From a virus: a stretch of 64,000 bases of DNA. The stretch's first letter is position 1. Each line of letters starts with the position of its first letter. Below the pieces are notes generated by a model that saw only the letters and a program-made list of their open reading frames with translations, was not told the DNA's origin and did not search any database. The position numbers were made by a program, and so were the translations under genes. The stretch covers positions 6,906 through 70,905 of IMG/VR virus record IMGVR_UViG_3300011113_000652. One strand, 5' to 3'. Positions 35,919 to 45,444 of this stretch are shown here, in pieces.

Positions 35919-36997
35919 CCGGATCATTGACTATTTCATTTACTGGTCTAAAAAAACAGTATAACAACTTACGCACTGAAATCTTAGATGTCACTGATAT
36001 AGTGTTGCGTAGCGGTCATCTTATGGACGGCAACCATACCGCTGAGTTTGAAAGCTGGTTGGCCAAGAAAAATGGTGTCAAGTATGCGGCCACCTGTCAT
36101 AGTGGTACACATGCTTTAGAAATCATTGCCGAATACTATGCGTCGCAAAAGTTTTGGCCCAATCCTCCTAGAGTGCTGGTTCCGGCCATGACCTATCCAG
36201 CCACAATCAATGCTTTCATGCGTGTGGGCTGGGACGTGGTCATAGTTGACACTGACTACCACGGCATCTTGGATCTGCGCAAGATAGATCGTGCTATGAG
36301 TGTACAGGCCATAGTAGCAGTAGGCCTGTATGGGCATGCGCTGAACAAACATGAGTGGCTCAACAACAATGCTGCCGTGATTATTGAAGATGCCGCACAA
36401 CATTGGCTTAGTTATGGTTGTAGAAGAATTGCAAATGCTGCTGCTATAAGTTTTGATCCCATGAAGAACTTGAACAACTACGGCAACGGTGGCGCCATTG
36501 TCACAGACGATGTAAACCTGTTAGAGTATGCCCGTAGTTCTCGTAACAATGGCAAACCCACACACATAGACACCGGATCAAACAGCCGTATGAGCGAGGT
36601 TGATTGTGCGCAGATGTTGGTCAAGACCGGTCACATTGACACCTGGCAGGCTCGTAGAGCCAAGATCAGTGCTTACTGGATGCAACGTCTCAAAGGCACT
36701 GCGGTACGTAGTTTGATAGATGAAGGCAATTATCAACATCATGCCTATCACAAGTTTGTGATCGAAGTTGGTAATCGTGATATACTACAACGTAATTTGG
36801 CCTTGCATGGCATTGAAACACGCATACACTATCGTGAACCCTTGCACGAGCTACCAGCCTATCAGCACTTGCCAGGACCCGACGTACTAAGTGCGGCATC
36901 GGCCATGGCACGTAGAGTGCTGACCTTGCCCTTGTACCCTGAACTGACTGATTTAGAAGTTGAATATATTGTGGATCAAGTGTTGGATAACATCTAA
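35915..36997 (+). CDS. DegT/DnrJ/EryC1/StrS aminotransferase
   Basis: SGTHAL, IEDAAQ, SFDPMKNL..GNGGA, LTLPLYP. Confidence 0.9.
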   Translation: MTGSLTISFTGLKKQYNNLRTEILDVTDIVLRSGHLMDGNHTAEFESWLAKKNGVKYAATCHSGTHALEIIAEYYASQKFWPNPPRVLVPAMTYPATINAFMRVGWDVVIVDTDYHGILDLRKIDRAMSVQAIVAVGLYGHALNKHEWLNNNAAVIIEDAAQHWLSYGCRRIANAAAISFDPMKNLNNYGNGGAIVTDDVNLLEYARSSRNNGKPTHIDTGSNSRMSEVDCAQMLVKTGHIDTWQARRAKISAYWMQRLKGTAVRSLIDEGNYQHHAYHKFVIEVGNRDILQRNLALHGIETRIHYREPLHELPAYQHLPGPDVLSAASAMARRVLTLPLYPELTDLEVEYIVDQVLDNI

Positions 36998-38583
36998 TCT
37001 GCCACAAGATTTCTTTTCAACAAAGCATACGAAGCCAACCAGGCCCAGTCGTAGCTCTTGCGCAGTTCTACTATATCTCCGTTGACCGCATCGTAGTATT
37101 CCACAGCGTCTTGGGCACCTTTCATGCTCCAGGTCCCATCGGAGTCATCCGATTCGAGCCAACGATAAAGTCTAAACTCACTTTCAACATCGATGTTGCC
37201 TTTTAACTTCAAGCATTCGCGAAAAGCAGTGCGCCAGGCCATCCAAGGTGTATGGGCATATTCAGCAGTACCAGACAGTATGGGCACAACTTCGTGAGCA
37301 CTATCTAGTGTAAAGTCTAGACCTTGACCGGCATTGTCCAACACTAATTTTTTATTGTATGCAATCATAGCCTGATGCCCATAAGTCAATCCTGTGATGG
37401 AATTGTGCGCATGGAATATATAGTGCTTGGGCTTCTGCAATCTGTCAGGTTGCCATGACCAATCAAAGTCCGGATTCACACGCAGTTTGGCAAATACAGC
37501 AAAGAACCAAGGGGTGGTGCTGAGTCGGGCCGCGGCATGATAAGCTGCCACACGTCCAATGACGCCTCGGCTGACCACCACACGATTGTCTCGACTGGCT
37601 GTTGCTGAGGATAGGGCACGTAGGTTATCTAGGGCGTTGGGCTCACCGTTTTCAATGAACACGATATCCAAAGGCTCTTCACTACCATGACGCCAGGTCT
37701 TGTCAATGTGGGGATAATCATATACTTGCTGATGCATGTAATTTTTTGTTTCCCTTGGTACTATCACAACACTGGCCCCAGGTGTTAGTGGAACCACAGT
37801 CTTGGTCTGTTCTCGCCACAGGCTGACCGTAGGCTCAAAGCCTGTGGCTCCACCGGTGCTGAACATGACCAATGGAGTCCTAAACTCGTGCTCACGTATG
37901 GCTACCACATGTGTGTCATGCTCATGTTCTACCACGGGCACGGGCCATCTCGGCACACTTATATCCTCAACAAAATGCAAGGTATCAAACCATTCCAGCA
38001 GTTTTATGTTTTTGCTTTTTTCTAAAAAACTAGGCACATGCACATAGAATGTGTCTCCAAACTTTTGTGTGCCACTTGCAAACACATGTAACATGTCGGT
38101 CTGCCACTCATTGGGATGCCAGGTAAAGTCAAACATGGTGTAGTCACAAACACTGCTGACTACCCAAACATATTCATGATCAACTTTGGCCAACACTCTG
38201 CGCAGGGTACCTAGATAGTCGCTGATGTATCTGGTGCTCATCTCACAAGGCACTGTGATGCCGGTTCCGTGATCGATACCTATGACAGGTACAGAACTTT
38301 TTCTTGGCAACACCACATGTTTGCGATTGACCTCTGCACCACCCAATTTTGGTACAAGATACGTGCCGCCGTTGTCTTGATGTTGGCTGGGCCAAGCATG
38401 TGTCTGATCAGCTTCCCAGGGCACCGGTTCCCAAAGAAAATCATGTGTGCTATAGTCAGTTAAATAGTTCGTCCACCAAAAATACCTTGTTCTCGAAAGT
38501 TGCCGTGCATGTTCAACAGATTCCGCTGCCTGTTCATGGGCAAATAGATTTGGTTTTGTTCCAGAATAAAAAACGTCAAACAT
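36994..38583 (-). CDS. multi-domain glycosyltransferase-like protein
   Basis: C-terminal domain paralogous to 60755-61681 (AWRTAFRE vs AWRAGFRE). Confidence 0.55.
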   Translation of the reverse strand: MFDVFYSGTKPNLFAHEQAAESVEHARQLSRTRYFWWTNYLTDYSTHDFLWEPVPWEADQTHAWPSQHQDNGGTYLVPKLGGAEVNRKHVVLPRKSSVPVIGIDHGTGITVPCEMSTRYISDYLGTLRRVLAKVDHEYVWVVSSVCDYTMFDFTWHPNEWQTDMLHVFASGTQKFGDTFYVHVPSFLEKSKNIKLLEWFDTLHFVEDISVPRWPVPVVEHEHDTHVVAIREHEFRTPLVMFSTGGATGFEPTVSLWREQTKTVVPLTPGASVVIVPRETKNYMHQQVYDYPHIDKTWRHGSEEPLDIVFIENGEPNALDNLRALSSATASRDNRVVVSRGVIGRVAAYHAAARLSTTPWFFAVFAKLRVNPDFDWSWQPDRLQKPKHYIFHAHNSITGLTYGHQAMIAYNKKLVLDNAGQGLDFTLDSAHEVVPILSGTAEYAHTPWMAWRTAFRECLKLKGNIDVESEFRLYRWLESDDSDGTWSMKGAQDAVEYYDAVNGDIVELRKSYDWAWLASYALLKRNLVAD

Positions 38584-39685
38584 GATTAGAATAGATGAAA
38601 TATATAATAACACATTTTGGCCATGGTTGCAACAGAATCGGCCAGGTACAAGATTGTTTTTCTGTGATCCATTTGGTCATACTGATCCAGAACATCTATT
38701 TAATCTAAGCAATCCAACAGCCAAAGAAACCAACTATGTGTTCATGCATGATCAAGAACCGGCGGATGCTGGCCTATTTGATGCTTTGTTCCAAGATGTT
38801 CTAAGAAGAAATACCGATGTATGGTGGCCCAACAAACCCAATCCTTTTGGACATGTTATAGTCAGCGAACAAGGTGAACAGGTTGAACAGTTGTGTGCAA
38901 AATATGAATGGACTGCTCATTATTATTTTTATCATGGCTGGGCTTGTTTGGATTGGTTTCGAGGGTACGATCGAACATTTTTAATTCCTCGGGCTCAAGA
39001 TCGGTGTCCTACAAAAACTTTTATGAGTCCTAACAGGATTGTAGGGGGGCAACGTGATCACAGGGTGTTGTTTCTTTATCACGTATTCAAACAAGGACTA
39101 CAAAATAATCATATATCAGCACCAAGAATATGCCAATTTGAACATGTGGATATCAGTAGTATAGCACTAAAGTATACCAACGTATACCAGGATATAACCG
39201 AAGTATTCGGTGCAGCCGAGTTGCCAAGATTATTTGCCGGGGAAGATACCCAGGAAATGCATAGTTATCAACTAGGTAACTTTGTAGAATCTGCGGATAG
39301 CTTGGTATATGTGCCCACAGAAACCGTATACTTTGGTCGCAGAACTCACCTCACAGAAAAAACATTCAAGGCCATAGTTCTAGAAATGCCATTTGTGTTA
39401 GTGGCACCTGCTCACAGCCTTGAATACCTGCGCAAGTATGGATTCCGAACATTTGATTCGGTGTTTGATGAAAGTTATGATTTGGAAACCAATGATATTC
39501 GCAGAATAGAACGTGTAACACAATTATTAAAAGATCTAGACAATCTAAGCATGCATGAACGCCAACAAATCCACCAAGCATGTTTACCCATTGTCCAACA
39601 CAATTACAATCATTTTTATGGTGGTGACTTTGCGAATATACTTTGGAAAGAAATGACTAGCATGCTCAGGGGGTTATGTGTTTAA
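38582..39685 (+). CDS. glycosyltransferase-like protein (TEK family)
   Basis: TET..HLTEKTFKAI..PF..YGFRTF..FDESYD. Confidence 0.62.
   Translation: MIRIDEIYNNTFWPWLQQNRPGTRLFFCDPFGHTDPEHLFNLSNPTAKETNYVFMHDQEPADAGLFDALFQDVLRRNTDVWWPNKPNPFGHVIVSEQGEQVEQLCAKYEWTAHYYFYHGWACLDWFRGYDRTFLIPRAQDRCPTKTFMSPNRIVGGQRDHRVLFLYHVFKQGLQNNHISAPRICQFEHVDISSIALKYTNVYQDITEVFGAAELPRLFAGEDTQEMHSYQLGNFVESADSLVYVPTETVYFGRRTHLTEKTFKAIVLEMPFVLVAPAHSLEYLRKYGFRTFDSVFDESYDLETNDIRRIERVTQLLKDLDNLSMHERQQIHQACLPIVQHNYNHFYGGDFANILWKEMTSMLRGLCV
38604..38632 (-). promoter_or_regulatory. sigma70-type promoter inside the opposite-strand gene
   Basis: minus strand TTGCAA-17nt-TATTAT, 20 nt before ATG 38583. Confidence 0.5.
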
Positions 39686-40871
39686 ATTTGTATTTGATAA
39701 GCGTAACCATGACAGACCCTATCCAAATCTAGCACCCATGATGGACAACCCACACCAAAGTTATCATGGCATGGGCGACGAACATCCTTTTATAGTTCCG
39801 TGCCGGCTCTTGTATTATGCTAAAGACCACGGATATCCTTGCCAAATTTCTTATTTGGATGAACCCATACCCGATCAGGCCTGGTACCCGGTGGGGCTGG
39901 GATTTTTCCATTTTGAAATAGATTACTTTGGCATGATGTCAGAACATGTAAAAGATCTTTTGCGTTCACGAGCCTTGCGAGCATTGTTTTATTATCATGA
40001 AGGGGACAGCCCATATCACGAAAAATCCAGACTGGATCAACTTTGTCGCCAACATAATTTACCAATGGATTGTTATAAATTTGTCAGTGGTAATACTGCT
40101 GCTGATCAAATTCCAGGTTTCTGTTGGTTTCCAGACCATGAACTGTTCTATTGGCGTAACAGTGTCAAATGGAATGATCGCAGCATGCCCGGCGTCAGTT
40201 ATCATAACAGGCCCAGGACTCGAAGATATACTGCACTCAATCGTATACACAAGTGGTGGAGAGCCACCATTATGACCGAGCTAAAGCAACAAGGTATCCT
40301 GGACAACAGCCACTGGAGTTACAACAACATAGATCAAAATGATCAATGGCATGACAATCCCATTGAATTGTGGAGATTTGATAATTTGGAACAACGTCTT
40401 AAAGATTTTGTAGATCAAAGTCCATACACCTGTGACCATTTAGATTCCGTTGGACACAACAGCCATTGGTTGTTTGTGCCCGAACACTTTGACGATTCAT
40501 ATTGTAATTTGGTATTGGAAACCTTGTATGATGCCGAACAAAGCGGTGGCGCCTTTATAACTGAAAAAATATTCAAACCCATTAGACACGCACAACCATT
40601 TGTGGTATTTGGCACTGCGAATACCCTGGTGACCTTGCGCAATCTTGGGTATCAAACATTTGATACTCTATTAGATAATTCTTATGACAGCGAAATCAAT
40701 AATACTACTCGTTTTATAAAAACCTTAAATACAATCAAACAGATGAATCAGACCAGTTTACATGAATTTTATGTCAGTTGTAAAGATCAACTGTTACACA
40801 ACCAAGAATTATTTTTAGCATCAAAATATCCAAGATTACAAATGCTTGCCCAAAAACTCAATCATGATTAA
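39678..40871 (+). CDS. glycosyltransferase-like protein (TEK family)
   Basis: LNR, LET..FITEKIFKPI..PF..LGYQTF. Confidence 0.62.
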   Translation: MFKFVFDKRNHDRPYPNLAPMMDNPHQSYHGMGDEHPFIVPCRLLYYAKDHGYPCQISYLDEPIPDQAWYPVGLGFFHFEIDYFGMMSEHVKDLLRSRALRALFYYHEGDSPYHEKSRLDQLCRQHNLPMDCYKFVSGNTAADQIPGFCWFPDHELFYWRNSVKWNDRSMPGVSYHNRPRTRRYTALNRIHKWWRATIMTELKQQGILDNSHWSYNNIDQNDQWHDNPIELWRFDNLEQRLKDFVDQSPYTCDHLDSVGHNSHWLFVPEHFDDSYCNLVLETLYDAEQSGGAFITEKIFKPIRHAQPFVVFGTANTLVTLRNLGYQTFDTLLDNSYDSEINNTTRFIKTLNTIKQMNQTSLHEFYVSCKDQLLHNQELFLASKYPRLQMLAQKLNHD

Positions 40872-41895
40872 CAGCTACACCTCCTGGCAACCACTTGAAG
40901 CAGTCATAGTTGGACGTGCTTATAGTCCTGATTATTTTGATTTTTTGGAGAACACACAGGTCAGGAATCAATTACAGCAAATCCTGGCAGAGACTGCCGA
41001 GGATTTAGATAACTTGCAACACATCATAGAACAGTATGGAGCCAAAGTTTATAGACCTGATTTGCCCGATAAACAAGATTTTATAATAAATCAAATCAAT
41101 AATCAAGTTCCCTTGCCACCGCTGACTCCACGAGATTGGCAAATAACACTGGGCCAAAAACTTTTGAGAATCATTGCTCACCATGGACTGAATAATATCT
41201 GCAATAATTTTCCTGATCAAATAATAAATCCTCACTATCAACCCAAGAATCGTTATCACTGGGATCCCAATTGCATACTCAATGGTGCATCAGCCAGTTG
41301 CATTGTGCGTGTAGGGCGAGACATATTCTTTGACAATTCAGACATGTTACGACCAGAACAAAGTCGCTGGATAGTTGACAATGTTTTGGGACCAGAATAT
41401 CGCATACACGAAGCTGTTACTGATGGACATGGCGATGCTGTGTTTGCCATATTGAAACCAGGTGTGATACTTTCTAGCAAACACGATCAAAATCTAAATT
41501 TTGAAAAAGATTTTCCAGGCTGGCAAGTGCTACGTGTCATGGACTCCAGCATAGATGCAGCCATGACCGCAGGCAAGTTTCGTCATGAAAATGGTCCGCA
41601 GGCTTGGTATGTTCAAGGGCAAACACCTACACCAGAGTTTACTGAGTACGTTGACACTTACTTGAACGAATGGACCGGCTTTGTGGCCGAAACAGTGTTT
41701 GATGTCAACTGCTTGGTCCTGGATGAAGAGAATGTGATATTTGGTGCCTACAACAAGAATGTTTTTGATTTCTGCGAGAAAAACAGAATCAATCCTATCA
41801 TTTCAGAACTGCGCCACAGCTATTTTTGGGATGGTGGCATCAGTTGTTGCACTCAGGATCTCAGACGTCGCGGCGGTCTTGAGACTTATCTATAA
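40864..41895 (+). CDS. amidinotransferase (paralogue of 34902-35918)
   Basis: PPLTPRD, GHGD, DGGISCC. Confidence 0.78.
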   Translation: MINSYTSWQPLEAVIVGRAYSPDYFDFLENTQVRNQLQQILAETAEDLDNLQHIIEQYGAKVYRPDLPDKQDFIINQINNQVPLPPLTPRDWQITLGQKLLRIIAHHGLNNICNNFPDQIINPHYQPKNRYHWDPNCILNGASASCIVRVGRDIFFDNSDMLRPEQSRWIVDNVLGPEYRIHEAVTDGHGDAVFAILKPGVILSSKHDQNLNFEKDFPGWQVLRVMDSSIDAAMTAGKFRHENGPQAWYVQGQTPTPEFTEYVDTYLNEWTGFVAETVFDVNCLVLDEENVIFGAYNKNVFDFCEKNRINPIISELRHSYFWDGGISCCTQDLRRRGGLETYL

Positions 41896-42582
41896 TAAAT
41901 CAAAACGTTCAAGAGTATATGAAACAAAATAATCATTTTGAGTTTGTACAAAGTCTATATATCTATCAAACTGTGTGTTGATGTCCATGGGTAAAAATTT
42001 TTCTGTATTCAGCACTATTGCATGACACCAGGACAACCAGGCCAAGTTGGTGCAGTCTCCTAGTATACGTTGGCCACAACAGGTTTTTTTGAAATTTTCA
42101 ATGGCAACAAGAGTTTTGTGATCATTGGGATGATAATCCACCTTGCAATTGTCAAGTAAAAAATATAATTTTTGTACAAAATCTTCTGGACTGGTCACCA
42201 ACAGATCCGCGTTTAACACCATGGGTTTGATATATTCATTTAAAAACTCATCGCTGTTGATCCTCCATTTGGCATCATTGCTAAGGTCAAAAAATTGATC
42301 AACCCTGTCTCGATTTTTCCACAGTGATTTCCAAAGTTTTTCATAGCCATTGCAAAAGGCAACAAACTGTGAACGCCTGCTGCAAAAACAACCCAAAAAA
42401 GTTCTGTTCTGGCCAAACTCAAAAGTGTGCCTGGTGATTATTGATTCACCGTGTGGGTATTGATCTGAGTTGTGATAATTTAAATCGGGTTTTTCTAAAT
42501 TAAATTTGGCAGTTTGCAAAGAATATATCAAGTTTGCAAGCCAGTTAGCACCTTGCCCCTGTGGACAGGTTATCACATACAT
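41890..42582 (-). CDS. hypothetical protein, weakly sulfotransferase/P-loop-like
   Basis: CPQGQGANWLANLI; paralogue of 49958-50686 (WLxWCHA). Confidence 0.45.
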   Translation of the reverse strand: MYVITCPQGQGANWLANLIYSLQTAKFNLEKPDLNYHNSDQYPHGESIITRHTFEFGQNRTFLGCFCSRRSQFVAFCNGYEKLWKSLWKNRDRVDQFFDLSNDAKWRINSDEFLNEYIKPMVLNADLLVTSPEDFVQKLYFLLDNCKVDYHPNDHKTLVAIENFKKTCCGQRILGDCTNLAWLSWCHAIVLNTEKFLPMDINTQFDRYIDFVQTQNDYFVSYTLERFDLL

Positions 42583-42584
42583 GG

Positions 42585-42686
42585 TCAGCAGGATACTTTA
42601 CAAAAATCACAACCATATATCTCTAGCGGCACATCAGACAATTCTGCTCCAAATGTGTAACTATCTCCAATGGTTAATATGGTCAT
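42585..42686 (-). pseudogene. truncated SGNH-like gene remnant (33 codons)
   Basis: MTILTIGDSYTFGAELSD.. then stop; TAAATA 5 nt upstream. Confidence 0.55.
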
Positions 42687-42745
42687 GATCGTATTTATTT
42701 TACAATTAACAGTGTCTAAGAAAAAACTTGAAACATGCTTGTAAA

Positions 42746-43876
42746 TTAAAATATCAAAGATGGCCAGAGTTGCGCAAAGGTATGTTTTTGTTTTAGGATA
42801 GTTTCTTGCTTCAGATGAAATTCGGCTGGAGTTACGGTACTTGGCGATTCTGTATAGTCCAGTCTTTGTTGATATTGTTTCAGTGTGTCTAGGCTTAGAT
42901 TATGGTAACCGCTCCATTTATCAATCACAGTAGCAATTTCTTGTTGAGCCAGTTTCCGCAAATGCAATGGCAGACGTTTGACATCTAGTTCGTAAGGATT
43001 AGTGAGTTCGCACCAAAATATATCCAGGTCATTTTGTTCACAGAATTCATAGTATTCAACCAAATCAAATGCACAGTAAATTGAATAAGCCGGATGAGCA
43101 ACAGGCCTGATGCCATGTGACTTGACCAAATCAATGTTGTGCAAAAACAGCGACCAGTCACAGCCGGCACGAACATATTCAAATTTGTCACGTTGCACGT
43201 TGTCGAAACTGATCAGCCAACTGACATTGGGCCAATTTTTCAGTTCTTGATAAACAGGATTTCGAGATAAATCCACAGCCAAATTGGTTGTAATCATAAC
43301 ATTCACTTGTTGTGGATCAAGTTGTTGCAAAAACTCTGGCAGGCTTTTTTGCAACAAAGGTTCACCGCCTCCTAGGCTGATACCTTTAAGGGTATCTTTG
43401 TGTTCCTGTGCTAGTTCGATTAGATGAACATGATCATTTTTGATTATCTGTATTGGCTTGTTCAATGCAGCCTGCCAGGCTGTGCTGGTTTGAGGATTAC
43501 AATAGGTGCAAGTTAAATTGCACAAACTACTCCAATTCACAGTAAGATCCGTTAGTTGGAAATAATTGATGTCACGGTCAATGCTATCTGCAACTTGGTC
43601 ACCCATGGTCATCATCATCCTGGCACTTGAGCCAGTCTGAGCTTCATTTGTTTTGCAGTTGGTACACAATGGGTGCCATTGACCTGCTGCTATGGTTTCT
43701 TTGAGACCGAGATGTTCTGGACCATTGATAATTTCTTGTATTGTTTTTTGATTCACGTTGCCCAGTTTTAGATCATCTACATGACTGTTAAGACAAGGCA
43801 ACACACGACCAGATTGATCAATGTTCAATGAGGTCCACGGACATGGGCAAAATGTTGGGCTTTGAGATATCAGCAT
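42746..43876 (-). CDS. radical SAM protein with N-terminal twitch/SPASM-like domain
   Basis: FCPCPW..PC..CxxC, CNLTCTYC, GGEPL. Confidence 0.85.
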   Translation of the reverse strand: MLISQSPTFCPCPWTSLNIDQSGRVLPCLNSHVDDLKLGNVNQKTIQEIINGPEHLGLKETIAAGQWHPLCTNCKTNEAQTGSSARMMMTMGDQVADSIDRDINYFQLTDLTVNWSSLCNLTCTYCNPQTSTAWQAALNKPIQIIKNDHVHLIELAQEHKDTLKGISLGGGEPLLQKSLPEFLQQLDPQQVNVMITTNLAVDLSRNPVYQELKNWPNVSWLISFDNVQRDKFEYVRAGCDWSLFLHNIDLVKSHGIRPVAHPAYSIYCAFDLVEYYEFCEQNDLDIFWCELTNPYELDVKRLPLHLRKLAQQEIATVIDKWSGYHNLSLDTLKQYQQRLDYTESPSTVTPAEFHLKQETILKQKHTFAQLWPSLIF

Positions 43877-43879
43877 GGT

Positions 43880-45346
43880 CTAAGACAGCACTTTGATTTT
43901 GTAGAGTTTTTCAAATCTATCAGCGTCAGCACGATCGTTGACCATGGGTTCGCCGCGTATGTTCAAACTGGTGTTCAACAACATAGGGCAACCTGTGGCC
44001 GTATACCAGGCCTCTAAGAGCGATCTAATGCCTGAGCCGTCAGCCTCAACAGTCTGTACTCGGCTAGTGTCGTCCACATGACAGATAGCAGGGTATAAGT
44101 CAGGACTGCGACAAGTTGCGACTGACTGCATATAAGGACTACAACTCCAACCCCGGGGCATATCAAAAAGTTCATGCACATGCTCTGCCAGGATAACCGG
44201 TGCAAACGGTCTAAACTTTTGCCTACGTTTGATCTCATTGACTTGGTCCTTTATATCTGATCCTCGGGGATCGGCAAGGAGACTTCGATTTCCAAGGGCT
44301 CGAGGTCCAAATTCTGCTCGACCACTAGCGACACCGACGATTCTATCACTTTGTAAATGATCAACGAGGGCGCGAACAGGATATTCTCCTGGGATTTCAT
44401 GGCCAAGGTACGCATCTGTCCAGCGTAGACGTCTTCCGTGGGCCAATGCGGCAGCACCAAGGCTGTTGCCAGCATCGCCAGGGCAAGGCATGATCCAAAT
44501 GTTTTCAAAATATTCACCGAGTTTTCTATTTGCAAGACAGTTCAAAGCCACGCCGCCCTGATAGACTAGATTTGAGCTCCAGTCTAACTCCCGGGCACGA
44601 CGCATAACACTATATATCAGTTCTTCTGCTAAAACTTGTGCAGATGCCGCAATATCTTCATTGTGGGCCAACCACAGCCACGCAGGATCAATGCCCACAT
44701 GCAGGTTATCTTCCAGCAGGGTACGACACTCTTCCACATATAGCGGCTGACCATAGGCACTCATGCCCATGGTAATGTATTCTTCGTCTAGCGGGTGTAG
44801 GCCAATGCGCTGAGTAACGGCACTATAAAACAGCCCAATGCTCCGGGGATAAGTTTGGCTCCAAAGTTTCTTATACCTTGCTTGACCTTGCGGATCATAT
44901 TTTGCTCCCCAGATTGAAATGGTATCAAACTCACCTATGGCATCTATGACCACACAGGTGGCACGATCATAGGCACTGGTTTGAAAACCTGCTGCCGCAT
45001 GGCACAGGTGATGACTGTAAGTTTTTATTTGTCTGGGCGGATGTTGCAACCAGTCTCCCAGTTGATTTCGTAGCACTTGATTGACAGTGATGTTTGACCA
45101 ATCTATGCCCTGACCACTCACAAAATTACGTGCTTGTTTTAACCAAGGGCGCTCGTAATAAGCAATGGTATCTATAGGGTATTCGCAGAACTCATTTAAC
45201 ATGCTGAAATGAATATCAGCATCGTTTTTGTTTTTTGAATATCGTTCGCTATGACCAGCAAACACAATTTCACCGTCGCTGCGTAACAGCGTGGCGGCCG
45301 CATCATGAAATCCGGCACTGAGTCCCAGTATATACTGATGCTTCAT
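43880..45346 (-). CDS. carbamoyltransferase (NodU/CmcH/TobZ family)
   Basis: HDAAA, HHLCHA, GGVALNC, EFGPRALGNRS, FRPFAP, LNTSLN. Confidence 0.92.
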   Translation of the reverse strand: MKHQYILGLSAGFHDAAATLLRSDGEIVFAGHSERYSKNKNDADIHFSMLNEFCEYPIDTIAYYERPWLKQARNFVSGQGIDWSNITVNQVLRNQLGDWLQHPPRQIKTYSHHLCHAAAGFQTSAYDRATCVVIDAIGEFDTISIWGAKYDPQGQARYKKLWSQTYPRSIGLFYSAVTQRIGLHPLDEEYITMGMSAYGQPLYVEECRTLLEDNLHVGIDPAWLWLAHNEDIAASAQVLAEELIYSVMRRARELDWSSNLVYQGGVALNCLANRKLGEYFENIWIMPCPGDAGNSLGAAALAHGRRLRWTDAYLGHEIPGEYPVRALVDHLQSDRIVGVASGRAEFGPRALGNRSLLADPRGSDIKDQVNEIKRRQKFRPFAPVILAEHVHELFDMPRGWSCSPYMQSVATCRSPDLYPAICHVDDTSRVQTVEADGSGIRSLLEAWYTATGCPMLLNTSLNIRGEPMVNDRADADRFEKLYKIKVLS

Positions 45347-45444
45347 TTATAGATAAAAGGATCCCGCTTGCGAAGTTCTTTCAACTTTTTACGATATCTT
45401 ATTTCCAATTTGACGCGATTGATTATGTTTTTTATCCAAGACAT
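45343..45444 (-). CDS. 33-aa basic microprotein coupled to the carbamoyltransferase
   Basis: MSWIKNIINRVKLEIRYRKKLKELRKRDPFIYK; ATGA overlap with the carbamoyltransferase start. Confidence 0.65.
   Translation of the reverse strand: MSWIKNIINRVKLEIRYRKKLKELRKRDPFIYK

Noticed and set aside
34902-45444. Saxitoxin-like cluster (amidinotransferase, carbamoyltransferase, SxtK-like peptide, SGNH)
   Set aside because: No SxtA-like PKS or other core genes; the context is nucleotide-sugar and glycosyltransferase genes
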